64,000 nt of DNA from a virus, in the IMG/VR virus record IMGVR_UViG_3300042321_002027; one strand, given 5' to 3'. A program made the position numbers and the translations under genes. Below, piece after piece: positions 33,626 to 46,300 of the stretch; within the stretch, counting starts at the first letter, position 1, and each line of letters opens with the position of its first letter. The notes beneath the pieces were generated by a model. That model was not told the origin of the DNA. It made no database searches and saw only the letters and a program-made list of their open reading frames with translations.

Positions 33626-35482
33626 ATGGCCACAAACAGCCCACTAACACTAAGTTCTATTGATTTTGATACATTAAAAGAAAATTTTAAAGAATTTTTA
33701 AAAACGCAATCAGTATTTAAAGATTACGATTTTGATGGTTCAAACATCAATGTTCTTCTTGATGTTATGTCTTATAATTCTTTTCTTAATGCATTTTACC
33801 TTAATATGGTTGCATCAGAAATGTTTCTTGATTCAGCTCAAAAGTACGATTCCGTAATTTCTCACGCAAAAGAGTTAAACTATCTTCCAAGAAGTGCAAA
33901 ATCTTCTATAGCAGAGATTAATCTTTCATTACAAACCACAATAAACAGTGGTAAATTGAATATCCCAAAAGGCACCAGATTTTCTGGGTTTAACGCTAAT
34001 GGTTCCTTTACTTTCACTACAGACCAATCAAAAGTTCTTTCTTCAGGATCAAACACATTCACTACAGCTAATCTTTTGATTTACGAAGGCGATTATTACA
34101 AAGATTCTTTTGTAGTCGATTATAGCATCGAAAATCAGCAGTTTATTTTAACTAACAAAAACATAGACGTTAATAGCCTTACTTTAAATGTTGTAGAAAA
34201 CAACGGTTCTTCTAATACAGAGTTTAAAAGAGTAGAAACTTTGTTCGGATTAAATGGTCAATCTAATGTTTACTTTTTGCAAGGTGCGCAAAGCGATAGT
34301 TATGAAATTGTATTTGGAGACAGCTTGTTTGGTAGAAAACCTCAAGACGGAGCAGTTTTAAATGCAAATTATAGAGTTTCTTCTGGTATAGATGCTGATG
34401 GTATAACTGTATTCAGTTTACAAGACGATTTTGGACCAATTAATAGCGGTCAAATTACTTCATCGACAATAACTCTTGTTTCTTCGTCTTCTGGTGGTTC
34501 CGAAAAAGAAAATATGGATTCAGTGAGATTTTCAGCGCCAAGATATTTTGCGACTCAACAGAGAGCTATTTCTTCGGACGATTACAAGAGTTTGGTTCTT
34601 GTTAACTTTGGTGGTGAAATATCAGACGTTACTGTCTATGGTGGTCAAGAAATAGAGCCTAAGTTATATGGCAGAGTAATTGTAGCTGTAAAGCCAACAA
34701 CAGGAACAATTGCTCCAAATTATATTAAAAATAAAATTTATAATTATTTACAAGATTATATTGCTCTTCCAAATAGAATTGTAATAACCGATCCCGAATA
34801 CACATATTGTGATATATTTACTGAAGTTCAATATGACCCTAAAAGCACAACAAAAACACCATCTGAAATTCAAACTGCAGTTTTAAGCTCAATTTTAAAT
34901 TACAGTTCAAATAACTTAGAAAAGTTTGCTAATGATTTAAGATATAGCAGATTGACAGCTTCTATAGATTCGGCTGACTCAAGTATTACAAGTAATGACA
35001 CAGAACTTAGAATAATTAAGAGAATTGTTCCTAATTTCAATCAAGATACTACGTACAACATTTCAGTAGGAAACGTTTTGTACTATGACGCAAGTATTTT
35101 TTCTGATAATGCTCAACACAAACAACTCCATGACTCTGAAATAGATGCAAGATATGCTCACGCTACTTTAATATCTTCTAATTTTACATATAATGCTAAT
35201 GATGGAAAAGTTTATGAACTTGCGTTTTTCGAAGATGACGCTAAAGGTAATATTTTGTTATATGCTCCTATAGGAACTACGCTTTTACCTATAGAAACTG
35301 TCGGCACTATAGATTATGCGACAGGAAATATAAATTTAAATGAGATTAATGTGGCAAGTTATTCAAACTATATCTCATTGTACATCAGATCTAGATTTAA
35401 AGACATATACGCTGCACAAAATAAAATTATATCAATCGATCCTAATGATGTAACTATCTCTGTAATAGAAACGCAAAGATAA
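33626..35482 (+). CDS. gp6: Baseplate wedge gp6
   Basis: DFDTLKENF..FL....FKDYDFDGS...EMFLDSAQ...AKELNYLPRS...QQRAISSDDY. Confidence 0.93.
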   Translation: MATNSPLTLSSIDFDTLKENFKEFLKTQSVFKDYDFDGSNINVLLDVMSYNSFLNAFYLNMVASEMFLDSAQKYDSVISHAKELNYLPRSAKSSIAEINLSLQTTINSGKLNIPKGTRFSGFNANGSFTFTTDQSKVLSSGSNTFTTANLLIYEGDYYKDSFVVDYSIENQQFILTNKNIDVNSLTLNVVENNGSSNTEFKRVETLFGLNGQSNVYFLQGAQSDSYEIVFGDSLFGRKPQDGAVLNANYRVSSGIDADGITVFSLQDDFGPINSGQITSSTITLVSSSSGGSEKENMDSVRFSAPRYFATQQRAISSDDYKSLVLVNFGGEISDVTVYGGQEIEPKLYGRVIVAVKPTTGTIAPNYIKNKIYNYLQDYIALPNRIVITDPEYTYCDIFTEVQYDPKSTTKTPSEIQTAVLSSILNYSSNNLEKFANDLRYSRLTASIDSADSSITSNDTELRIIKRIVPNFNQDTTYNISVGNVLYYDASIFSDNAQHKQLHDSEIDARYAHATLISSNFTYNANDGKVYELAFFEDDAKGNILLYAPIGTTLLPIETVGTIDYATGNINLNEINVASYSNYISLYIRSRFKDIYAAQNKIISIDPNDVTISVIETQR

Positions 35483-37890
35483 TGAAGTTTCAAGAAGAAA
35501 AATTTATCTCTAATTTCATCAAGAATCAGTTCCCTGCTTTTTACCAAGAAGAGGGTCCAGACTTTGTATTGTTTTTAAAAGCATATTATGAGTGGATGGA
35601 ATCTTCTGAACAGCCAATTTATCAAGCAAGAAGGTTGTTTGATTACAGAGATATTGATAATACTTTAGAAAGCTTTTTAGAGTATTTCCAAAAGAAATAT
35701 TTGTACGGCATTCCTTTCAATGTTATTGCTAATAAAAGATTTCTATTGAAACACATTTTGGACGTTTACCGTTCAAAAGGAACTATACAGTGTTATAGAT
35801 TACTTTTTAAACTGCTGTATAATGAAGATATTGAAGTTTATCTTCCCGGTAAAGACGTTCTCAGGGTTTCCGACGGCACTTGGGTTGAGCCAAAGTACCT
35901 AGAAGTAACAGACAATGAAAATTTATCGAATTATGTCGGCAAAACTATTATCGGCGCGACTTCTAAAGTAACAGCCACAGTTGAAAACTTTGTTAGAGAA
36001 AACTACAACAACGACATAATCAACATTTTATACATTTCGAATATTTTGCCAAGAAAAAAAGAATTCGAAATTAATGAAAAGATAGTTTTGCTTGATGATG
36101 AAGAAAACACAGAGGCCATCAACCTAGCACCAACTTTGTTGGGCTCTTTAAATAGAATATCAATTGTTAGTGGTGGTCAAGATTATAATATCGGAGATGT
36201 TATTAAAATTGTTCATAGAGATTTAACTAATAACGATGTGATCTCTTATGGTGTTGATGGTATATTAACAGTAACCAAGTTATTCACAGGATTTGGTTCT
36301 TTAAGATATGATCTTGTTGATGGCGGATTTGGTTATACTGCAAACTCGCTAGTGTTCCTTTACAAAACAAGTGCTGCTGGTCGTGGCGCTTCGTTGTCTA
36401 TTGATTCGTTAACGTCACAGCAACTCGTAGAATATAACACAGATATTTTATATGATTATTTGACTCTTCCGCTAAATGCGCCCAATTATGGGTTCCCATT
36501 AAATCCTTCAGCAAATATAGAAAATACTTTAACAACAACTTTAAGTTATAACACAGAACTTTTTGGTAGTATTTTAGGATTTGGTAACGTTTCTATCGGC
36601 AATTCTTATGAAACTGCCGTAAATGTATTCGTAAGATCGGTGATAACTTCGAATCCGTTGCCTGGAACATTAACTTACAACACAACGTCAAATACTGTTT
36701 CTGGAGTTGGTACATCATTTGACCTCTATCAAAATAATGACGTTATTGCTTTGCAAGCAAATTCTTCAAATGCTTCAACTATGGAATATGCTGTAATTAG
36801 AACTGCAGTTTCTTCTTCAGAGTTGACTTTATATGGACCACCAACTATAAATTCAACTGCTTCTGCTCAGTATAGACTTGCTCCTACAATTTTACCTTCT
36901 GGGTTTGCAAGATATGAAGACATTATGTATACCAATGATGGTTCATTGGTTGGTGAAAACGAACTTATTCTGGCTTATCCGAACACTGGTAATAACATCG
37001 TATTAGAAGCCGAAGCTATCAATTCTGGTAAAGGCTATGTACAAAGCGAACAAGTAAGAGCATATATACACTCTAGTGTTTCCAATGTAGTAACTATATC
37101 TAGCACAGGTTCCGGATATGCAGAAAACGAACAGCTACTGTTCGTTGGCGGTGATCCCTCATTCATAGCCAATGGTTACGTTTCATCAGTTGATGGAAAT
37201 GGCGCTATATCAGATGTAACAATAACATATGGCGGTTCCGGTTATAAAGAAATACCAGAAATAAGAGTTTCTACAGCAAATGGTTCAGGTGCACGTTTAG
37301 AATCTTCTTTGGTAGAATTTGACACCGTAGGTGACGTATCAGAAAAAATTATTAGAGCAAGAGTAATTAAAGGACCAATTGGTAGAGGCACAGGTTATTA
37401 CTCTACTACTAGAGGATTTTTAGACTCTGATAAATATATACAAGATAGCTACTATTATCAAGATTATTCTTATGAGATAAGAGTCGCACAAACATTAAAT
37501 AAATACAAAGATATAATATACGATACATTCCACAGTTCTGGTTCGGAGTTATTTGGTAAGTATTTAAAATTCTTATATGGTACATCGACAGCCAATTTAG
37601 TTTTTGATTCTGTTACCATTTTTCCTAGCCCATGGTCGACAGATTCAGGTAATAGTATACCGGCGCTGGTTAATACTACTGATAAAACTGCTGATATCAC
37701 TGTTTTTGGTGTTTATTTTGCCAATTCAGTAAAATCAGATGCAACCATATTAAATTATTCTAGTTTTTTAAGCGCGGACAGAACAACTGTAACAGCGGAT
37801 GATCGTAGAGTTATTTCTTACCTCTTAGCTTCTGAGACAAAATACAGAGCAGATGAGGGTAGAATCATAGTTAATAGATATTACGTTTAA
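35482..37890 (+). CDS. gp7: Baseplate wedge protein gp7-like
   Basis: QFPAFY...FLKAYYEWME...YRSKGT..CYRLLFKLLY...IQDSYYYQDYSYEI. Confidence 0.75.
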   Translation: MKFQEEKFISNFIKNQFPAFYQEEGPDFVLFLKAYYEWMESSEQPIYQARRLFDYRDIDNTLESFLEYFQKKYLYGIPFNVIANKRFLLKHILDVYRSKGTIQCYRLLFKLLYNEDIEVYLPGKDVLRVSDGTWVEPKYLEVTDNENLSNYVGKTIIGATSKVTATVENFVRENYNNDIINILYISNILPRKKEFEINEKIVLLDDEENTEAINLAPTLLGSLNRISIVSGGQDYNIGDVIKIVHRDLTNNDVISYGVDGILTVTKLFTGFGSLRYDLVDGGFGYTANSLVFLYKTSAAGRGASLSIDSLTSQQLVEYNTDILYDYLTLPLNAPNYGFPLNPSANIENTLTTTLSYNTELFGSILGFGNVSIGNSYETAVNVFVRSVITSNPLPGTLTYNTTSNTVSGVGTSFDLYQNNDVIALQANSSNASTMEYAVIRTAVSSSELTLYGPPTINSTASAQYRLAPTILPSGFARYEDIMYTNDGSLVGENELILAYPNTGNNIVLEAEAINSGKGYVQSEQVRAYIHSSVSNVVTISSTGSGYAENEQLLFVGGDPSFIANGYVSSVDGNGAISDVTITYGGSGYKEIPEIRVSTANGSGARLESSLVEFDTVGDVSEKIIRARVIKGPIGRGTGYYSTTRGFLDSDKYIQDSYYYQDYSYEIRVAQTLNKYKDIIYDTFHSSGSELFGKYLKFLYGTSTANLVFDSVTIFPSPWSTDSGNSIPALVNTTDKTADITVFGVYFANSVKSDATILNYSSFLSADRTTVTADDRRVISYLLASETKYRADEGRIIVNRYYV

Positions 37891-37902
37891 AGGAGAAAAA
37901 CT

Positions 37903-38724
37903 TTGGCAAAGCAAACAGTCTTTATTGGTGGATCACCAAATGATGGTACAGGCGATCCAATTCGAGATGCATTTAATAAAGTAAACCAAAATTTTGACGA
38001 AGTTTATTCTTCGTATACAGCTACTGGGGCAATTAGTATAGGTAACTCTTCAGTTAACTCTGTTGTTTCCAACACAGGTGGTTTTGTAACTTCGACTAAC
38101 ACCACTGTCAATACAAGTACAGTAGCTAATACCACAGTTATTCGTATAGGAAATACTGCAGCTAATGCAACAGTAAACTCTACGCAAATTTCTATTTTTG
38201 GTAATAGTTCTTTAGGTAATGCTACTATTAACACAATTTCTATAAACTTAGGTAACTCCTCTGTAAACTCCTCTCTAACACAAAACACGTTAAGCATTAA
38301 CGCTTCTGCAACAGTCGGTGGTGTTCTTGCAAACAGCACAACAGTTTATCTTGGCAATGCAACTGTTAATTGGACAGCAAACTCTTCAAGAATTTCAATT
38401 AGAGAAGCAAACGTAACTACAAACACTTTCAGTTTAGGTTCTTCTAGCGTAGGCTCTTCAAACTTTGCTAATGGTTATACTGTATTACCAAACGGTTTAT
38501 TGTATCAGTATGGCTTTATCGCAGCTGTTAACTCTACAGCTAACGTCACAACTTTCTCTGCAGTTGGTGGTGTAGCATTCACAAACTTATTTTCTGCATC
38601 AGTTTCTTCAAATACTGTTAATACTTACGTTGCTATTGTTGGCGCTAATTCAACTGCGATTATTTTACAAGGAAACAACGGCACTATATCAACTGGTGTG
38701 TATTGGACCGCAATAGGAAAGTAA
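37903..38724 (+). CDS. gp9/gp10-type baseplate-fibre connector with a short fibre domain
   Basis: MAKQTVFIGGSPNDGTGDPIRDAFNKVNQNF N-terminal motif; C-terminal GY..LPNGL..Q.G...YWTAIG domain. Confidence 0.75.
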   Translation: MAKQTVFIGGSPNDGTGDPIRDAFNKVNQNFDEVYSSYTATGAISIGNSSVNSVVSNTGGFVTSTNTTVNTSTVANTTVIRIGNTAANATVNSTQISIFGNSSLGNATINTISINLGNSSVNSSLTQNTLSINASATVGGVLANSTTVYLGNATVNWTANSSRISIREANVTTNTFSLGSSSVGSSNFANGYTVLPNGLLYQYGFIAAVNSTANVTTFSAVGGVAFTNLFSASVSSNTVNTYVAIVGANSTAIILQGNNGTISTGVYWTAIGK

Positions 38725-38728
38725 TTTA

Positions 38729-40297
38729 ATGGGTAAAATCCTTCCTTCCTACAAGAAAGCAGTAATTGATGAAATAGTGGACAATGTGTTCTCGAACACA
38801 TCACATTATTACGCTTTTGCTGCTAATCCTGTAGCATATCCGGGTTCCGTTCCGGAAATATCGAACGAAGATTATTCGATTAATTTCATAAACGATTGGC
38901 TGATGTTATTTGGTAAAAAGATAACATCTTCTGAGATCGTTCCAGTCATATCTAAAAAAACTTGGGCTTCTGGTCAATTTTACGATCGTTATGACAACAC
39001 ATCAAATACAGTGTTGGCTAATAATAATTTTTATGTTATTTCTACACCATCAGTTATTGGCGGTAATTATAACATCTATAAGTGTATCGATAATGCTAAT
39101 GGTTCAGTTTCTACTATTGATCCAGGCACAATAGGATCTCCTTCGCAACCTTCGACTTTCCAAACAAGCGATGGATATAAGTGGAGATATATGTATTCTA
39201 TTACGGAATATAACAACGACAGATTTTCTTCAGAAAATTTTGTCCCTGTATACGTCAGTGCAATAGTTTCTTCAACTGCTGCATCTTATAGCGGCGTAGA
39301 AGTTGTTATGATAACAAATTCTGGTAGTGGCTACACTGCTTATACAAATGGCATCATTAGATCTGTACAGAATTCTACAATTGTACAGATAGAAAACTAT
39401 GCTTCTTCTTCTGATAATTTTTACGTAAATAACTCAATATACATCTACAACACTGTAGAAGCAACATCACAAATCAGAACAATTACAGATTATGTTGCGA
39501 ACTCTAGCGGTAAGTTTGTGTTTGTTGCCAACACCAAGCCGTTTGAAATTACTAAAATAACAAGTGGTATAACTCAATACTTGATTAGTCCCGCTGTCGT
39601 TTTCGAAACTGACGGAGATTCCGATCCTAAAGCATATTCTATAGTTAATACATCAAACTACTCTATCTCTAACGTTGTGATGCTAGATATCGGAACTAAT
39701 ATTTCTTGGGCTAATGTAAAAATTCAAAGTAGCTATGGTGACGGGGCAAATGTTTATGCTATCGTTCCTCCTCCTGGAGGCCATGCATACGATCCTATTA
39801 CTGAATTGAACGCTAAAGGATTAGCAATCGCGTTTAATTTTTCTAATACAGAAGGCACTTCGATACCAACCGCAAACATTTTATACAATAAAATTGGTAT
39901 TATCAGAAATCCTTATTCTTTGACATCTAACCTTACTACTGGAACAATTAGTAAAGGAGATCAGTATACTACAAATACATTTAATCAAATTTTAAAAGCT
40001 TCGGTTTCTCCTTCTACTACTTTTACTCCAGGAGATTTTGTTCTTGGCGTTAATAGCGGTGCTAGAGGAATTGTTGTGTTTTCTAATACAACACAAGTTC
40101 ATATCTCTGGTGATAAGTATTTCATTAATAATGAGGGATTAGCCAATGCTTCAGGTTCTTACGTTTGTAACATTGCTATATCTCATGTTGGTGATGTATA
40201 CACCAAAGATTTAAAACCAATTTACATTGACAACATAAATAATGTCAATCGCGCAAATACGCAAACAGAAGTCTTCAAATTGACAATAGAAATTTAA
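38729..40297 (+). CDS. gp8: Baseplate wedge gp8
   Basis: W..G..YD.YD...FYV...YNIYKCIDN...TSDGYKWRYMY...PPGGH...IYIDN...R...QTE.FK. Confidence 0.85.
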   Translation: MGKILPSYKKAVIDEIVDNVFSNTSHYYAFAANPVAYPGSVPEISNEDYSINFINDWLMLFGKKITSSEIVPVISKKTWASGQFYDRYDNTSNTVLANNNFYVISTPSVIGGNYNIYKCIDNANGSVSTIDPGTIGSPSQPSTFQTSDGYKWRYMYSITEYNNDRFSSENFVPVYVSAIVSSTAASYSGVEVVMITNSGSGYTAYTNGIIRSVQNSTIVQIENYASSSDNFYVNNSIYIYNTVEATSQIRTITDYVANSSGKFVFVANTKPFEITKITSGITQYLISPAVVFETDGDSDPKAYSIVNTSNYSISNVVMLDIGTNISWANVKIQSSYGDGANVYAIVPPPGGHAYDPITELNAKGLAIAFNFSNTEGTSIPTANILYNKIGIIRNPYSLTSNLTTGTISKGDQYTTNTFNQILKASVSPSTTFTPGDFVLGVNSGARGIVVFSNTTQVHISGDKYFINNEGLANASGSYVCNIAISHVGDVYTKDLKPIYIDNINNVNRANTQTEVFKLTIEI

Positions 40298-40309
40298 TAG
40301 GTAGTAAGT

Positions 40310-43300
40310 ATGGCAAATTTTAACGTTCCTCCGTATTATGATGATTACGATCAGGATAAACAATATTATAAAATCCTATTTCGTCCATCTGTTGCGATAC
40401 AAGCTCGTGAACTTAATCAGATGCAAACTATGTTACAGAAACAAATTGAAAGATTTGGTTCTCATATTTTTAGAGAAGGTTCTATAGTATTAGGAGGAGC
40501 TTTTGACCTAGAGCTTGACGTTTCTTACATCAAGGCTTTATCTATTCAACCTTTAGCCAGTAGTTTGTCCAGTCTTGTTGGTAAAACAGTGGTCGGTGCT
40601 ACTACAGGTATCACCGCTGTTGTTAGAGCTGCAGTGTATGATGAAATTAATAACGTTTATGCTATCCTATTAAGATATACATCTTCTTCTGTAACATCAA
40701 GTGTGTTTTTAAACGACGAAGCTGTAACAGTTTCTGATGATGCTTCTTTAGGGTTTACTGTTGTTCCTTCAACTTATGAAAATTACACTGGAACAGGTTC
40801 TATTTTCTCAGTAAGTCAGGGTGTTGTTTTCAGTAAGGGATATTTCCTTGCTTTCCCAGCACAAACTACAGTAATAGAAAAGTACAGCGCAGACCCAACC
40901 AAATCAGTTGGTTTGCAGCTAACTGAGAGTTTTGTTACAGATCTATCAGATCCTAGTTTAGCAGATAATGCTTTAGGATCTCTTAATGAAAATGCTCCAG
41001 GTGCACATAGATATAAAATTGAATGCCTTCTAACATCAATCGATTATAAAACAGGTTATGATAACGAAAACTTCATAACCTTTATGGACATTCAAAATGG
41101 AGTTATTCAAGCTTCAAATGAACGTTCTCAATATGCAAGAATTTATGACGAATTAGCAAAAAGAACTTTTGATGAATCTGGAGATTATTACGTTAAAGGT
41201 CTCGAAGTAAGAACTAGAGAACACTTAGACACTGGTAGCAATGAAGGATTGTACACACTAAGCGAAGGCGGAGACGCAACAAAGCTTTCTGTTGATGTAG
41301 GACCAGGAGTTGCATATGTTAAGGGTTATGAAGTAAGTAAAATAACCACACAACATGTCGTAATAGACAAAGGTACAGATTACAACGATGTTAATAACCA
41401 GCTAGTAAATGCTAGAACTGGTGGTTATTTCTTCATTAATGAAATAACAGGTTCTGTTGACCATGATGAAGCTTTTGTAGTAAATCTTTACTTGAATGCA
41501 GAAACTAGATTAACTTCAGAAGTTACAAATCTAGAAAATTCTCCTGCTACACAAAAGATAATTGGTACTGCCAGAATGAAGGCTATGATTTACGAATCAG
41601 GAGTTATGGGAACTCCTACAGCCGTAATGAGAGCGTATCTTTACGATTATACTATGAATTCTGGTTACATTTTAACAGATACTAAGGCTATCGGCAGCAC
41701 AACTGCATCAAATAGGTTTTTTGCTGACGTAGTTTTAGCTAGTGGAAAATCAATTTTTTACGAAAGCAATCAAAACGTTTTAATTTTCTCAACAGGTGCG
41801 TCTAACATCAGATCAATCAGAACTAGCTCTGGTACTGTTGATACTTCGTTCCAATTTATACGTTCAGAAGATAAAACTGCTAACGTAGCAAATACTTCTT
41901 CATTGACTACAACAGTAACGACATCTCTAGAAGCATTATCTTATAGCACAGGTACTCTTTCTTCTGCGGAAAAAAGAGAAATTATAGTTTCGTTAAATGC
42001 AAACTCTTTAATTCAAGTTCCTGGTACAGTTTCTGGTGGTGGTTCTCCAGGATCATTTATACTCACAGGTGTTTCAACAGAGTTCGATAAACTTTCTGTT
42101 GGCAATCGTATCAAAGTAAACGGAAATTCGTATTTTATCAATTCTATTACTAATTCTACTTCGTTGACTGTTACTTCTAACGTCAGCCCATCTGCATCGG
42201 CAAATCTTGTCTTCAAAGATTTAAGAGCTGGCGACATTATTGATCTTACTGCAAATGGTAGTACCGGACAAACAAGAACTGCGACAGTTGCAAGTGGCAT
42301 TTTAACTTTAGATTTTAAAGAAGTAGCAACTAACGTTGTTCCAACTGCAGTTTCTGCTAAGATTAGTTATAGAGTTGATAGAACCACAGCTGCTGAAGTT
42401 AAAAAAATATTAAATCCTAATAGATATGTTAAACTCAATACTAATATTTCTAATAGTTCTGGACCATACAATTTAGGTTTGTCTGATGTTTATAAGATCC
42501 GTTCAATCAGAATGGATAATACTGCATTTACAACTGCAAACGGTACAGCAAATAGTACTAATGTTACTTCATATTTCGTATTAGACAATGGTCAAAGAGA
42601 TAACCTTTATGACCATGGTCGTTTGTTGTTCAATGGTGGTATTTCTTTAGCTAATATGCACATGTTAGTCGAATTAGATCATTTTACTCCAGACTATTCT
42701 GCTGGATTTGGTTATTTTTCTGTAGACTCTTATCCTATCGATGATGTAAATACATCAAATAGCACAATATTTACATATGAAATACCAAAGTATATATCAG
42801 CTGCTGGTACAGAATATTCTTTGAGAGATGCGTTAGACTTTAGACCTGTTAAGCAAATTACAGCCACTAGTGCCACAACAGTGGCAGCTGCAACAACTAA
42901 CCCAGCAACTACAACTTCGGTTATAGTTGATACTGATGGATTAAGATTACCCGCGCCAGACAGTGATATGTCTATAGATTATTCTTTCTATTTACCTAGA
43001 AAAGATGTTGTTACTCTTGATAAAAACGGATTATTCAATGTAATTAAGGGCGAATCAGGAATTACTCCGATATCACCAAACGTTCCGGAAAACGTGATGG
43101 GTGTTGCTAGCGTTTATATTCCTCCTTATCCTTCTTTATCTGAAACTTTTGCTAGAATCATAAACACTCCAAAAATTGCTTGTATTAGTAAAAAAATTGC
43201 TAATATACGTTACACAATGAGAGAAATTGGAGTTCTTAAGAATAGAATTGAAAATTTAGAGTACTATAATCTACTTACTTTACTTGAAAAGAAAGCAATA

Positions 43301-46300
43301 GACCTTACTGTTTTGAACGACCAAGGTCTTGATAGATTTAAAAACGGTTATTTTGTAGATGGATTTGTCGATCACTCTTTGGGCGACACAGCTAATCCAG
43401 ATTATAAAATTGCTGTCGATAAAGTTGAACAAATAATTAGACCTTTCTTCAAGCTAGATTCATTCCAATACAGAATTGAATCAAGCGGTTCTACAAATTA
43501 TCAGCAATCTGGCAATCTTATTACTTTACCTTATACCCAAGTTACTTTACTAGAAAATAGAAATGTAACTACAACAAGAAATATTGAGCAGAGCGTCTTC
43601 AGATATATTGGTGCTATGGAACTTTCTCCAGAAGGAGATACATGGTGTGATACCACTACTGTTGATAAAGTAATACAGTATGGCAATGAAATTCCTATTG
43701 AAGAAACTATGACGACAGAGTGGGGTTCGTGGGAAAATTATGCGGTTGGTTATAACGTATATGATCGTAATTTTGGCGATCGTAGTGGAAACCCGGATCC
43801 GTCTAAGTTTCAAGGATCATACAGCAGTTATGCAGCTGCACTGTCCGCTGGAAAAAAAGATAAAGACGGAAGATACTTGATTGAAACTCTTGAATCATCA
43901 GAGAGAACTGGTATTGTAACGACTGTAACCTCGCAAACAAACACACAAGAACTTGGTAATTTCGTTACTGATGTTAGCGTTCAACCTTATATAAGACCAC
44001 AAGTTATTAGGGTTTATGTAAAGGGTCTAAAAGCAAATACTAGATATTATTGCTTTTTCGATGGCGAAAACATGTCTTCGTATGTTGTCCCAGGAACAAT
44101 ACCTGCGAATGGTAATATAACACAAGTAGTTTCTTTTGGCGCAGAAGGTTCTGAGTGGAGAGCAAATGGATTTGGGGAGCTTCTAGGATACCTTAGACTT
44201 CCTGCTACTGGAAAAAGATTCCGCACAGGAACAAAAGAAATCATTGTTACAGATAATCCAACTAACTCTATAGACGCTACTTCTTATGCTAAAAAATATT
44301 GGTCTGCCATGGGCATCAGTGTCCAAAAGCAAAACACAATTATTTCAACACAAGTGGCAATAATTCAGCAAGAAGAAATTACCGAACAAAGACAGCTACA
44401 AAAAGTTGAAGTTATGGGTCCATCTTGTATGGCATATAGCTTCAAGGTTGATGTTCCTAGAGGTGAAGAAGGTATCTTCTTAACTTCTGTTGATGTTTGG
44501 GTTAGCGCAAAACACGCAAATCTTGGCGTTTGGTTTGAAATTCGAGAAATGAATTCAGGCGGTAGTATTACTAGAACACAAGTTCCGTATTCAGAAGTTT
44601 GGTTGAAAAATTCTGATGTTACTTTGTGGGACGGCACATCTGGAACTGAAGAAACAGGCAAGACTAGAGTAACTTTCCCTTGTCCTGTTTTCTTAATGAA
44701 TAACACTCAGTATGCATTTGTTATTCACACTGAAGGGTTGAACCCAGATTATTATTTCTGGATTTCTAGACTTGGTGAGACTGATGTTCTTACTAAAAAA
44801 CCAGTAACATCACGTCAGCTAACAGGTACAGTATTTACCACAAACAATAACTTGAACTATGATATGGTTCCTGATATTGACTTAAAGGTCAGATTTAACA
44901 GAGCACAGTTCACAGTTGGCGCTGCTACCTTGATAATGGGTAACAGAGCTACAGAATTTATTAATCTTTCTACAGCTTCTGGTGATTTTAGCCGCAAAGG
45001 TGAACCTGTAATATCTTCTGAGTTTATGAATTTTAGTTCAACAACAAGTGGTGCTAATTCTATTGCTTTGACTGATATAATCAGAGGTGTAACTTCTGGT
45101 ACGTCTGCTAATGTTATAGGAATAACTGGAATCAACTATTATGTTGATTACTATGGCTTTACAGCTAATGAAACATTTAACGTCTTTAATTCTGCCAATA
45201 CAAGCAAATCAATTTCTGGAAGAATATTGTCAATTGACAAAGGTTCTGGTACATTAAGATCATATGATAGTGTCAGTAACTTTATGATTATTGATGATAG
45301 TAATGGTAAGTTCTACAGCAATGCCGCGATTTTCGGAGCAAATTCAGGTCATACTGGTAGAATCTCTAGTTTTGACCAATTTAAATATTCGACCACTACA
45401 TTGAAGCCTTATTATCTTGTGTTTAACAACACAACTTTGACTTTTGAAAAAGCTGGTTGGTTGTCAAATTCATCGCTGAACGATTTTGATTCTTATATTG
45501 GCACATCGATGTGGTATCCTGGAACATCTGACTCTTACTCAAGTTTCAATAACGAAGTTACTGTTTTGTCTAGAGTAAATGAACTGGCTGCTTTTGGCTC
45601 TTCTAGCCCAAATAGCTCTGCTCGCGTTAGAAGCAGACTAACAACAGTAAGTGAATATGTTTCTCCAGTTATCGATATTTCTAAGTCTCAGTCAATATAT
45701 GTGCACAATATCATAAACAATGATGATACTGGTGAAGCAAATTCAAGCGGTGGAAATTTATTGAACAAATATATTTCTAAACCAGTTACATTAGCAGATG
45801 GTCAAGAGGCTGAAGATTTATTAATTAAGCTTACTGCATACAAACCACCAGGAAGCGACGTTAAAGTTTGGATGAAGCTTCGCCACGATGATGATTCTGC
45901 TATTTTCAAAGAAAATAAGTGGATTGAAATGGACTATGCTAATAACCTTTTCTCTTCTGAAGCAAACAAGAACAACTTCATAGAGCTCGATTATACTATA
46001 CCTGCTTCTTATAAGAATGAAAATGGTGTGGTCCAATACATAAAAAGAGCAACAAACATTTATGCAAATAACTTGTGGTCTAATGCTTCTGGATCTTATG
46101 GAATAAATGCAGCTGCTAATTCAATATTAATTCCTTCGGCTGATAGTATATTTGCTGCTAATGATGAGGTGTATTATTCTGTTCCTCCTGGAGGAGTTGT
46201 AATCTCTGGCACTTACACAAATTCTTCGGGCGGTACTTCATATGTTGAAGCAAATACTTATTTGTATATTAATAGCGTTAACACAACAGCTATAACGCTT